A stretch of 24,983 nt of DNA, from contig DMQW01000461.1 of NCBI GenBank assembly GCA_003455565.1, positions 1-24,983 of the forward strand, read 5' to 3'. The notes beneath the pieces were generated by a model. It had not been told where the DNA came from, did no database searches, and worked only from the letters and a program-made list of their open reading frames with translations. Below, in pieces: positions 16,534 through 24,776 of this stretch. The translations under genes were made by a program, and so were the position numbers. Within the stretch, counting starts at the first letter, position 1; each line of letters begins with the position of its first letter. Origin of the DNA: Limisphaerales bacterium (GTDB taxonomy: Bacteria; Verrucomicrobiota; Verrucomicrobiia; Limisphaerales; UBA11358).

Positions 16534-17660
16534 GTTTCAACTTCCATCGGTTTTGGGCGGTCGTCGTGAAGGAATTCATCCAGATGCGGCGCGACCGGCT
16601 GACGTTCGGGATGATGGTCGGCATCCCGATTATCCAACTCATTCTGTTCGGCTTCGCGATCAATTCGAACCCAAAACATCTACCCACGGCGATTTATGCG
16701 GCGGACAACAGCCCGTTTGCCCGCACCGTCATCTGGGCGCTGCATAACAGCAGTTATTTCGATCTCACGCGCGAGGCGCACAGCGCGGCGGAAATCAAAA
16801 CCATGCTCGCGGAAGGCGAAGTGCAATTCGCCATAACCGTGCCGGTGGATTTTTCCCGAAAACTTTTGCGCGGCGAAAAACCGGATTTGCTCCTCGAAGC
16901 CGATGCGACCGATCCATCCGCCGTTGGTTTTGCCACGGCGGCGATCAATCAATTGACGTTTTCCGTGCTGGACCGCGATTTGATCGGACCGCTGGCGAAA
17001 TTGCGCGGCAGTTCACCGCCGTTTAACCTCGTCACGCACCAGCTTTACAATCCCGAAAGCATCAGCCAATACAACATCGTGCCCGGCCTCATGGGCGTGA
17101 TGCTCACGATGACCATGGTGATGATCACCGGCCTCGCCATCACGCGCGAACGCGAACGCGGCACGATGGAAAACCTGCTCTCCACGCCCGTGCATCCGGG
17201 CGAAGTGCTGCTCGGAAAAATCGTGCCTTACATCACCATCGGCTACGTCCAGATCACGCTCATTCTGGTGGCGGCGAAACTGGTGTTCTCGGTGCCGATG
17301 GTGGGCAGTGTGCCGTTGCTGCTCGCGCTGGCGCTAATGTTCATCCTCGCCAACCTTGCGGTGGGCATCACGTTCTCGACCATCGCCAAAAACCAGTTGC
17401 AGGCGGTGCAGATGGCGTTCTTCTTTTTTCTGCCGTCGCTGTTGTTGTCGGGCTATATGTTTCCATTCCGGGGAATGCCGGACTGGGCGCAAAACATCGG
17501 CGAATGCCTGCCGCTGACGCATTTTCTGCGCGTCGTGCGCGGCATTTTGCTGAAAGGAAATGGAATGGCCGAATGCGCGCCGGACTTGTGGCCGATTGCA
17601 TTGTTCTTGCTGGTGATGCTGACAATAGGCATCAAACGCTACCGGCAGACGCTGGATTGA
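16530..17660 (+). CDS. ABC-2 type transporter permease (YbhS/YbhR-like)
   Basis: Start reassigned to ATG 16530. KEFIQMRRD, ILFGFAIN, RERERGTMENLLSTP, LLSGYMFP, PLTHFLRVVRG. Confidence 0.94.
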   Translation: MSFNFHRFWAVVVKEFIQMRRDRLTFGMMVGIPIIQLILFGFAINSNPKHLPTAIYAADNSPFARTVIWALHNSSYFDLTREAHSAAEIKTMLAEGEVQFAITVPVDFSRKLLRGEKPDLLLEADATDPSAVGFATAAINQLTFSVLDRDLIGPLAKLRGSSPPFNLVTHQLYNPESISQYNIVPGLMGVMLTMTMVMITGLAITRERERGTMENLLSTPVHPGEVLLGKIVPYITIGYVQITLILVAAKLVFSVPMVGSVPLLLALALMFILANLAVGITFSTIAKNQLQAVQMAFFFFLPSLLLSGYMFPFRGMPDWAQNIGECLPLTHFLRVVRGILLKGNGMAECAPDLWPIALFLLVMLTIGIKRYRQTLD

Positions 17661-17663
17661 TTT

Positions 17664-17746
17664 GGCGTAGCGGCGTCTCGGCAGAGCGCCGCAATCTTAT
17701 TCCGGTAATTTTAGTTTGCGGCGGTCTGCCGACGCGCGGCTACGCC
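17664..17746. repeat. Second GTAG-tagged REP-like inverted doublet, between and partly within convergent genes
   Basis: 31-bp arms 17664-17694 and 17716-17746 match at 27/31. Each contains GTAG followed by a GC-rich palindrome. Confidence 0.85.
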
Positions 17747-18169
17747 GGCAGTCTGTGCCCGAATCAATTTCGCCGCCGCCACGTGCGCGAAGACCACATC
17801 CGGCGTGCGTTGCAAGGCTTCGTCGTAATGGCGGGAAAATCCTTCACCGACCTCGGTTGCGACGAGCAGCGTTCGGGCCTGCGCCACCAGCGCGTCCACG
17901 TCGGCCACGGTCAGCGGCGCTTTCGCATCCAGCATTTCATCCATCGCGGCGATGAGCCGGGTCACGGGAGTCAGCCACGCAAACCACGGGTCGTTCGTGA
18001 GTAGTTGCAGGAATTGATACGGCGACGTGATGTTGCCGAACGTCGCTTCATAGCTGGCGCGTTCGGATTCCAGCAAGACCTTGTGCAAAGCGAGCAACGC
18101 CTCGCGCAGTTCCGTCAGGCGTTGGCGCAGACCGGCGGGTTCCGGCGGGATGAAATTTTCTTCGCTCAA
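17711..18169 (-). CDS. Hypothetical all-helical protein
   Basis: 152-aa ORF, protein-like amphipathic pattern (LLALHKVLLESERASYE, DPWFAWL). TTG start with TAAGCT 8 nt upstream. No function recognised. Confidence 0.75.
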   Translation of the reverse strand: MSEENFIPPEPAGLRQRLTELREALLALHKVLLESERASYEATFGNITSPYQFLQLLTNDPWFAWLTPVTRLIAAMDEMLDAKAPLTVADVDALVAQARTLLVATEVGEGFSRHYDEALQRTPDVVFAHVAAAKLIRAQTAGVAARRQTAAN

Positions 18170-18252
18170 GCGGCGGCAGCTTACACCGGCTGTGACCGAT
18201 CTGCGATAAAATCATTCCGCGCCGTTTTTAGTGGCAGTGTCCTGATTTGGCC

Positions 18253-18326
18253 GGAGCGCGGATTGTCCTCAATCCGCAGCGCGTGGAAAGTCTGGACGCA
18301 CTGCGAGTTGGGACAACTCGCGCTCC
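18253..18326. repeat. GGAG-tagged REP-like inverted doublet
   Basis: Arms 18253-18279 and 18301-18326 share GGAGCGCG...CGCAG in inverted orientation. Each has a perfect 8-bp hairpin (GCGGATTG/CAATCCGC and GCGAGTTG/CAACTCGC). Confidence 0.8.
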
Positions 18327-18411
18327 GCAAGCAAGTTTGAAATTCAAAGCAAAACTCCCGTTTTCCGGCTGAACTTGCAAATTTCCCCGTTTTCGGTTCT
18401 CCTTGATCAAG

Positions 18412-19980
18412 ATGTGGCAAACCTTTAGGCGGTGGATTTTAATCGGAAGTCTGTCGGTCGCGTCGGTCGGCGCGGCCTCGGAATCCGCCGAGGTGAATCT
18501 CGATTACGTCGCGCAACGGGCGTTGGATCGCGCCCGCGCGCCGTTCCATTCGCCGCATGTGGAATTGCCCGCCGTGCTCCGCCCGGAAAACCTCGACTAC
18601 AACAAATACCGGCAGATCGAATTCCGCCATGACCGTGCGCTTTGGGCCGCCGCCGGTTTGCCATTCCGCGTCGAGTTTTTTCATCCGGGCTACATCTACC
18701 ACGAGCCGGTGCATGTGAATGAATTCACGCCCACGCACACCCAGCCGATCCGGTTCGTCCAGGATTTTTTTAATTACCACAAGCTGAATATCGCCAAGCA
18801 AATCCCGGCGGACACGGGCTACGCAGGTTTCCGCGTGCTGAACCAGTTGAACACGCCGGATCGCTGGGATGAACTCGGCTCGTTTCTCGGCGCGAGTTAT
18901 TTCCGGCTGCTCGGCAAAAATCTGCGTTACGGCGAATCCGCACGCGGCCTCGCGCTGGACAGCGGCGAAGGCGACCGCCCGGAGGAATTTCCCATTTTCA
19001 CCGACTGGTGGCTGGGCAAGCCCAGCAGCGGCGACAACGAACTGCACCTTTTCGCGATCCTCGACAGCGTGAGCTGCGCGGGCGCGTATGAATTTTTCAT
19101 CCGCCCCGGCGAGACGACGACGGCGAGCATCAAGACGGTTTTATATTTCCGCGAGCCGGCAAAAGTGGCGGCTGTGAACAAAGACCGGAAGCCCGTCAAG
19201 ACCATCGGTCTCGCGCCGTTGACGAGCATGTTCTGGTTCGGCAAGGACACGGAACGCAAGTTTGACGACTACCGCACGGAGGTTCACGACAGCGACGGCC
19301 TGCTCGTCCACATGGGCAACGGCGAAATTTTCTGGCGTCCGCTCGACAATCCGCCCGCGACGCGCCACCAGGTTTTTTCCGCGCCGCACATCCGTGGTTT
19401 CGGCCTGCTCCAGCGCGAACGGAATTTCGCCGCGTATCAGGACATGTTCAACCTCTACCATCAGGTGCCGAGCGTGTGGGTGGAAACGGACGGCGACTGG
19501 GGCGAAGGCGATCTGCACCTCGTCGAGTTGAGCACCAGCTACGAAGGACTCGACAACATCGTCGCGTTCTGGGATCCGAAGAACAAACCCGCGCCGCTCC
19601 AGCCGTTTCGTTTTGGCTACACGCTGCACTGGGAAGGCGGCGACGCGGATTTGAAGCGTTCGGAAAACCGCGTCGTCTCCACGCGCATCGGGCCGGACGC
19701 GCAATTTGTGGGCGCACGGCAGTTCGTGATTGATTTCGACGGGCCGAAGCTCGACGCGATTTCCGGAGACAAACCGCCGGTGGCGATTGCAAATTGCAGC
19801 GCCGGTGCCGCCATCGTGGATAATTTTGTGACGCGGAACACTTTTCTCGGAACGTGGCGCGTCATCCTGAAAATGCAGCCGAAAGCCGGCAGCCACGAGG
19901 CGATTGATCTGCGCTGCACGTTGCAGCAAGGCACGAATGCCGTCAGCGAAACCTGGACGTATCAATGGAGCCCGCCTTAA
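18412..19980 (+). CDS. opgG: Periplasmic glucan biosynthesis protein, OpgG/OpgD (MdoG) family
   Basis: LDYNKYRQIEF, EFFHPG, FLGASYFR, YGESARGLA, EEFPIF, APLTSMF, EVHDSDGL, GFGLLQRER, DNIVAFW, SETWTYQW. Start ATG 18412. G versus D paralog not resolved. Confidence 0.93.
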   Translation: MWQTFRRWILIGSLSVASVGAASESAEVNLDYVAQRALDRARAPFHSPHVELPAVLRPENLDYNKYRQIEFRHDRALWAAAGLPFRVEFFHPGYIYHEPVHVNEFTPTHTQPIRFVQDFFNYHKLNIAKQIPADTGYAGFRVLNQLNTPDRWDELGSFLGASYFRLLGKNLRYGESARGLALDSGEGDRPEEFPIFTDWWLGKPSSGDNELHLFAILDSVSCAGAYEFFIRPGETTTASIKTVLYFREPAKVAAVNKDRKPVKTIGLAPLTSMFWFGKDTERKFDDYRTEVHDSDGLLVHMGNGEIFWRPLDNPPATRHQVFSAPHIRGFGLLQRERNFAAYQDMFNLYHQVPSVWVETDGDWGEGDLHLVELSTSYEGLDNIVAFWDPKNKPAPLQPFRFGYTLHWEGGDADLKRSENRVVSTRIGPDAQFVGARQFVIDFDGPKLDAISGDKPPVAIANCSAGAAIVDNFVTRNTFLGTWRVILKMQPKAGSHEAIDLRCTLQQGTNAVSETWTYQWSPP

Positions 19981-20612
19981 AAATTTTGCCCGATGTTTCC
20001 GGTGAAATCGCCGGACGTTCGCTGGAGGAATGGAATGCGGCCTATGTGAAAGTGGAAAATTATTTTCACGCGCTCCGCATCCGCAACAAGCCGCTGCTCG
20101 GCCGCATGGTGCTGCGCGTGCTCGAACGCGCCCAACAGCGCGCGCCCGCCGAACCCGGCCGCAGCGCCACCGAACTTTCCGCCGAGGAAATGGATAAATT
20201 TGTGACCGAATGGTTCGCGGCCGTGCTGCAAATCTCGCCGGCCGGCACCGACCAGATGCTTTCCACGCGCGGCCGGCTCGCGCTGCTGCTCTGCGACATG
20301 CCGGGCAAATGGCAGGATCAATTTTTGCGCCCCGGCCCGTGGCCGGAGGAATTCGTCGAGGCCATGCGCGAAACCTTTTTCCGTGCCGGCCCGGATTTCC
20401 AATTGTCAAAAATGGTGCCGCGTCCGCTCGACCTCGGCCCCATCACGACCCTGTCGAATTTCGGCAAACTGCCTTACGTCCGCATGATTTCGGCGTGGCT
20501 GCTGTTCGGCCTGCTGCTCGTCGCCATTTTCTGGTTCACGCACGGCGGCTTTGACCGGGTGAAATCGCAACTGTCGCTGATGCTTGAATCAGTCACCCAC
20601 CTGAATCGGTGA
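19965..20612 (+). CDS. Hypothetical membrane-anchored protein between opgG and opgH
   Basis: 215-aa ORF overlapping the opgG end and ending 1 nt before opgH. Helical body plus one C-terminal TM segment. Confidence 0.8.
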   Translation: MEPALKILPDVSGEIAGRSLEEWNAAYVKVENYFHALRIRNKPLLGRMVLRVLERAQQRAPAEPGRSATELSAEEMDKFVTEWFAAVLQISPAGTDQMLSTRGRLALLLCDMPGKWQDQFLRPGPWPEEFVEAMRETFFRAGPDFQLSKMVPRPLDLGPITTLSNFGKLPYVRMISAWLLFGLLLVAIFWFTHGGFDRVKSQLSLMLESVTHLNR

Positions 20613-20613
20613 T

Positions 20614-22767
20614 ATGGCTGACGCACCGACCATTTCAGTAACCCCGCTGCCCCGCGCCCGGCGCGGCTGGCGCTTGTTTCTTTTTTATTCGTCTGCTGTT
20701 TTGCTCACCGGGCTGGTCTCGATGCTATTCGCCGATCTGCTCTGGCGCACCGGCTGGTCCACGTCGCGCACGGTGCTGCTGTCGTTGTTCGTGATTCTAT
20801 TTTTGCTCACGGCCATCGGCTGCATGCACGGCATCTACGGATTTTTCATCCGTATTTTCGGGACGAAACACCGCCTCACCGCGCTGAAAAATTACCAGGA
20901 TCAAAAAATTGACGGCGTCAGCACCGCGATTGTTTTTCCGATCTACAACGAAGATCCCGTCCGCTTCTTTGAAGGTCTGCGCGCGACTTACGAATCGCTG
21001 GAACGCACCGGCCAGCTTGATCGTTTTGATTTTTTTATCCTGAGCGATTCGACCAACCCCGACCGCTGGGTCGAGGAGGAGCGCCGCTGGTCCGACCTCG
21101 TGCGCGAACTGGACGCGCTCGGAAAAATTTATTATCGCCGCCGCCTGTTCAACGAAGAACGCAAGAGCGGCAACATTCGTGACTTCCTCAACACCTGGGG
21201 CCGGCGCTACCGTTATTTTGTCTGCTGCGATGCCGACAGCGTGATGCGCGGTGAAACGCTCGTTGACCTTGTGAAATTGATGGAGGCCAGCCCGACCGTC
21301 GGGTTGATTCAAACCATGCCCGCGCTCGTGAATGCCGAGTCGCTGTTCGGCCGCATCCAGCAATTTGCCAACCGACTTTACGCGCCCGTTTTCATTTCGG
21401 GCCTGAATTATTGGGCGCTTGATCTGGGAAATTATTGGGGTCACAACGCCATCATCCGCACCGAGCCGTTCATGCAGTTTTGCGACCTGCCGCAATTGCC
21501 CGGACGCAAGCCGTTCGGCGGCCAGATTTTGAGCCACGATTTCGTCGAGGCCGCGCTGATGCTGCGCGAAAACTGGGAGGCCTGGCTCGCCTATGATCTC
21601 GAAGGCAGCTACGAGGAAGCCCCGCAGTCGCTCATCGAAAATGCCCAGCGCGAACGCCGCTGGTGCCAGGGAAATTTGCAGCACGGCCTCGTGCTGTTCG
21701 CCAAAGGTCTGCGCGGTGTGAGCCGGATGCACCTCATCCTGGGAATTTTCGGCTACGTCGCGAGTCCGCTGTGGCTCGCGTTCATGCTCACGTTCAACTG
21801 GATTTATTGGTATCAAAAATTCACCGGCCTCTCGGACATTCCGGTGGAATCGTTCAATCCGTATCTGAAAAACTGGAGCGGCACCGAACAGGCGTTTTTG
21901 GTTTTCATGATTTGCATGGTGGTCATCATGCTGCCGAAATTTTTGTCGCTCGTTGACCTCGCGCGCGACTGGCCGCGTCGCCGCGAATTCGGCGGCCTGC
22001 TCAATGCCGCCGCCGGCGTCGTGGGCGAAACCATTTTTTCCACGCTGCACGCGCCGCTGCTCATGCTCTGGCACACACGGTTTGTCATCACCAACCTCGC
22101 GGGCATCAGCGTCGGCTGGACGACGCAACGACGCAACGACGCCGGCACGGACTGGCTTTACGCGGTGCAACGGCACTGGGGCCACACGCTCATCGGCGTC
22201 GTCTGGGGCTGGTTCACCTGGCAGCTCGACCCGACGTTGTTCTGGTGGTTCACGCCGATGCTGGCGGGCATGGTTCTTTCCGTGCCGTTGAGCGTGTTGA
22301 CCAGCCGGCGCAGCCTCGGCGCGCGGGCCAGGAGCGCTGGATTATTTTTGACGCCGGAAGAAACCAAACCGCCGATGGAAATCGTCTCGCTGCGGTCGCG
22401 GTTGAAAATTCACGAGCTGACCGAAAACGCTGACGCGCCGCGCCGCACGCACGCCGGACTGGCCGAGGCCGTGCTCGATCCCTACGTCAACGCAGTTCAT
22501 GTGATGCTCCTGCGCGAAAAAGAATTGAATCCGGTGTATGCCGAGCAGTTCGCCAAGCTCGGCGCGGGCAGCGACGCGGTGCGTCTGCTCGGTGAAAAAA
22601 TTCTGGCCGACGGCCCGGACAAATTAAAACCGTCCGAACGCGTGGCCGTGATGGCCGACCAGCGCGTGATGGTGTGGCTGCATCAACAGGCGTGGCTGCG
22701 CCCGGAGGAAAAACTCGCGCCGTGGTGGAAGGCGATGATCCGCGAGTTCAGCCACCGGGAAAATTGA
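20614..22767 (+). CDS. opgH: Glucans biosynthesis glucosyltransferase H (GT2)
   Basis: PIYNED, LSDS, RKSGNI, DADS, WGHNAIIR, LSHDFVEAA, RWCQGNLQH, multiple TM segments. Confidence 0.97.
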   Translation: MADAPTISVTPLPRARRGWRLFLFYSSAVLLTGLVSMLFADLLWRTGWSTSRTVLLSLFVILFLLTAIGCMHGIYGFFIRIFGTKHRLTALKNYQDQKIDGVSTAIVFPIYNEDPVRFFEGLRATYESLERTGQLDRFDFFILSDSTNPDRWVEEERRWSDLVRELDALGKIYYRRRLFNEERKSGNIRDFLNTWGRRYRYFVCCDADSVMRGETLVDLVKLMEASPTVGLIQTMPALVNAESLFGRIQQFANRLYAPVFISGLNYWALDLGNYWGHNAIIRTEPFMQFCDLPQLPGRKPFGGQILSHDFVEAALMLRENWEAWLAYDLEGSYEEAPQSLIENAQRERRWCQGNLQHGLVLFAKGLRGVSRMHLILGIFGYVASPLWLAFMLTFNWIYWYQKFTGLSDIPVESFNPYLKNWSGTEQAFLVFMICMVVIMLPKFLSLVDLARDWPRRREFGGLLNAAAGVVGETIFSTLHAPLLMLWHTRFVITNLAGISVGWTTQRRNDAGTDWLYAVQRHWGHTLIGVVWGWFTWQLDPTLFWWFTPMLAGMVLSVPLSVLTSRRSLGARARSAGLFLTPEETKPPMEIVSLRSRLKIHELTENADAPRRTHAGLAEAVLDPYVNAVHVMLLREKELNPVYAEQFAKLGAGSDAVRLLGEKILADGPDKLKPSERVAVMADQRVMVWLHQQAWLRPEEKLAPWWKAMIREFSHREN

Positions 22768-22799
22768 CGGGGCAAATTGCTGCCGAGATTGAATTAAAA

Positions 22800-22825
22800 G
22801 TAGGAATGTGTGTGAAAATTCCTAC
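22800..22825. repeat. Short inverted repeat GTAGGAAT-10-ATTCCTAC
   Basis: Perfect 8-bp arms 22800-22807 and 22818-22825, 9 nt upstream of the TA -35 box. Confidence 0.7.
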
Positions 22826-22834
22826 AAATATGAA

Positions 22835-22863
22835 TTGACGGACTTTCGTTGTCTGTTCATATT
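22835..22863 (+). promoter_or_regulatory. Sigma70 promoter of the toxin-antitoxin operon, leaderless spacing
   Basis: TTGACG-17-CATATT-6-ATG(22870). Confidence 0.65.
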
Positions 22864-22869
22864 AAGATT

Positions 22870-23145
22870 ATGAATATGACTGAAGCTGCGAACGCTGTCT
22901 GGTTCACAACCAAAGGCCAGGTGGTGATTCCCTTGCGGCTGCGCAAGCAATTTCACATTGAAGACGGCACCAAGGCCATTTTGGAAGCTACGCCCGACGG
23001 CATTCTTTTGAAACCCGTGACTGCCGCCCTCATCAAGCGCGGACGCGGCATCCTCAAGCGCAAGCCGGGTGACAAGTCGTTTGCCGAGGAGTGGGCCGCA
23101 TACAAACAGCACGAGAAGGAGTTGGAGGATCGTCATGCCCGCTAA
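22870..23145 (+). CDS. AbrB/MazE/SpoVT-family antitoxin (VapB-type)
   Basis: TTKGQVVIPLRLRKQFHIEDG...GILLKP swapped-hairpin motif. Overlaps the PIN gene. Start 22870 or 22876. Confidence 0.9.
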   Translation: MNMTEAANAVWFTTKGQVVIPLRLRKQFHIEDGTKAILEATPDGILLKPVTAALIKRGRGILKRKPGDKSFAEEWAAYKQHEKELEDRHAR

Positions 23146-23539
23146 AGTGCTGGACAGTCACGCGCTCGTGGCCTACTTCCGTGACGAACCCGGAGCGGAG
23201 ATGGTGGAGAACTTGCTGGTCGTGGCGGGCCGGAAGGACAGTCCGCTGCACATGACCGACGTCAACTACGCCGAGGTCAAATACTCCATCGTGAAGAAAG
23301 ACGGGGTCAAGGCGTGGGCGGAAGCGGCGAAGATTCTTCAAGGCTTGCCCATTGATTTTCACTCCACGACGCGCGCGATGGCGGACACCGCCGCCGATTT
23401 CAAAGCCCGCTTTAAATTGAGTCTGGCTGATGCTTTTGCCGCCGCACTGGCCAGGGAAAAGAAAACCGAACTCGTCACCGGCGACCCGGAATTTAAGGCT
23501 TTGGAAAAAGAAATTCAAATCAACTGGCTCGCAAAATAA
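23135..23539 (+). CDS. vapC: PIN-domain toxin, VapC family
   Basis: ATG 23135 with GGAGGA Shine-Dalgarno. VLDS, NYAEV, LADA, VTGDPEF carry the four acidic PIN residues. Confidence 0.92.
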   Translation: MPAKVLDSHALVAYFRDEPGAEMVENLLVVAGRKDSPLHMTDVNYAEVKYSIVKKDGVKAWAEAAKILQGLPIDFHSTTRAMADTAADFKARFKLSLADAFAAALAREKKTELVTGDPEFKALEKEIQINWLAK

Positions 23540-23586
23540 TTTGTTGGCAGAATGGGTTTCTGCTCAATCAGCAGATTGATTCGCGC

Positions 23587-24735
23587 TTACAATAACTCCA
23601 CCACGCGCTGCAGTTCCGCGTCCGTGTTGTAAAAGTGCGGCGCGAGGCGGAGGTAATTTCGTCCTTTGCGGTCGGTGCGCAGCGACGCGATGACGCCGGC
23701 GTCCGCCAATTTTTTGTGCAGCGGCGCGAGATCCTTGCCCGGTTGAAAAAAGGACGTGATGCCGCTGGCGTTCTCCGGTTTCGGTTCGGCGTTCAACACG
23801 GCAAAACCTTTCGCCTGCAACGCCGGCACGAGCCATGCGCGTTTGCGGAGCAGTTCGGCGGCGATGTTTTCCACGCCGAGTTCCAGTGCGAGTTCCATCG
23901 CGGCAATCAGTCCGATGAGGCCGATGAGATTGTGCGTGCCCGCTTCAAATTTCGCCGCGCCGCTGCGGAATTCGATTTTTTCCTGCGCGACGAAATTCGG
24001 ATTGCGGACATTGTGCCAGCCGTAAATCGGCGGATTTAATTTTTCCTGCATCTCGCTCCGGACGTAAAAAATGCCCGCGCCGCATGGGCCGAGCAGCCAT
24101 TTATGCGCGTCGGCGGCGAGAAAATCAACGTGTTCAACCGTCGTCGGAAATGCGCCGAGCGTCTGGATGGCGTCGAGGCAAAAAAGAATTCCGCGTTCGC
24201 GCAGAAATTTTCCGATGGCGGCGTGGTCGAGCCGGTAGCCGCTGATGAAATGGTTGGAGGCGAGCGCGACGATGCGCGTGTTTTCGTCCACCTGGCCCAT
24301 CACGTCAATCGCGCGGATCGCGCCGAGGCCGCGCGTGTTGAGCAATCGCACCTGCACGCCGCGCGCGGCAAGCGCCATCCACGGATAAACATTGGACGGA
24401 TAATCGTCGTGGTAAATGAGGACGTTGTCGCCGCGCCGAAAATTCAATCCGGCGGCAACAAAACTCAACGCCAGCGAAGTCGGGCCGACGAGCGAAACTT
24501 CGTCGGGCTGGCAGTTCAATAATTTCGCGCCAGTTTTTCGCGCGTCGTCAATGCGGTGCATGACGAAGGCTTCCTGATCGCCGAGCGTGCCTTCATTGGC
24601 GCAGTCGTTCATCGCCTGCGCGACGCGGCGCGGCAGCGGGCAGACGCCACTGTGCGCGAGGAAAATTTTACCTTTGGTAACAGGGAATTCAGCACGGCGC
24701 AGTTCCTCGTTGGTCAAAATTTCATTCAGAGTCAT
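23587..24735 (-). CDS. Class-V PLP-dependent enzyme (cysteine desulfurase-like fold, no catalytic Cys loop)
   Basis: FLAHSGVCP, DYPSNVYPW, DAIQTLG, DAHKWLLGPCGAG, FEAGT, LRLAPHFYN. Confidence 0.9.
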   Translation of the reverse strand: MTLNEILTNEELRRAEFPVTKGKIFLAHSGVCPLPRRVAQAMNDCANEGTLGDQEAFVMHRIDDARKTGAKLLNCQPDEVSLVGPTSLALSFVAAGLNFRRGDNVLIYHDDYPSNVYPWMALAARGVQVRLLNTRGLGAIRAIDVMGQVDENTRIVALASNHFISGYRLDHAAIGKFLRERGILFCLDAIQTLGAFPTTVEHVDFLAADAHKWLLGPCGAGIFYVRSEMQEKLNPPIYGWHNVRNPNFVAQEKIEFRSGAAKFEAGTHNLIGLIGLIAAMELALELGVENIAAELLRKRAWLVPALQAKGFAVLNAEPKPENASGITSFFQPGKDLAPLHKKLADAGVIASLRTDRKGRNYLRLAPHFYNTDAELQRVVELL

Positions 24736-24741
24736 GGGGTG

Positions 24742-24769
24742 AAAATAAATTCAAAAGGTTCGCAGGCAA
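24742..24769 (-). promoter_or_regulatory. Putative sigma70 promoter for the class-V enzyme, leaderless spacing
   Basis: Minus strand TTGCCT-16-TATTTT-6-ATG(24735). Confidence 0.5.
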
Positions 24770-24776
24770 AGCGGAA

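Noticed and set aside
19141-22185. Long minus-strand ORFs (422 aa and 462 aa)
   Set aside because: Antisense shadows of opgG and opgH with no recognisable family motifs.
23540-23586. Short hairpins between vapC and the class-V gene as intrinsic terminators
   Set aside because: The stems are only 5-6 bp and lack U-tracts.
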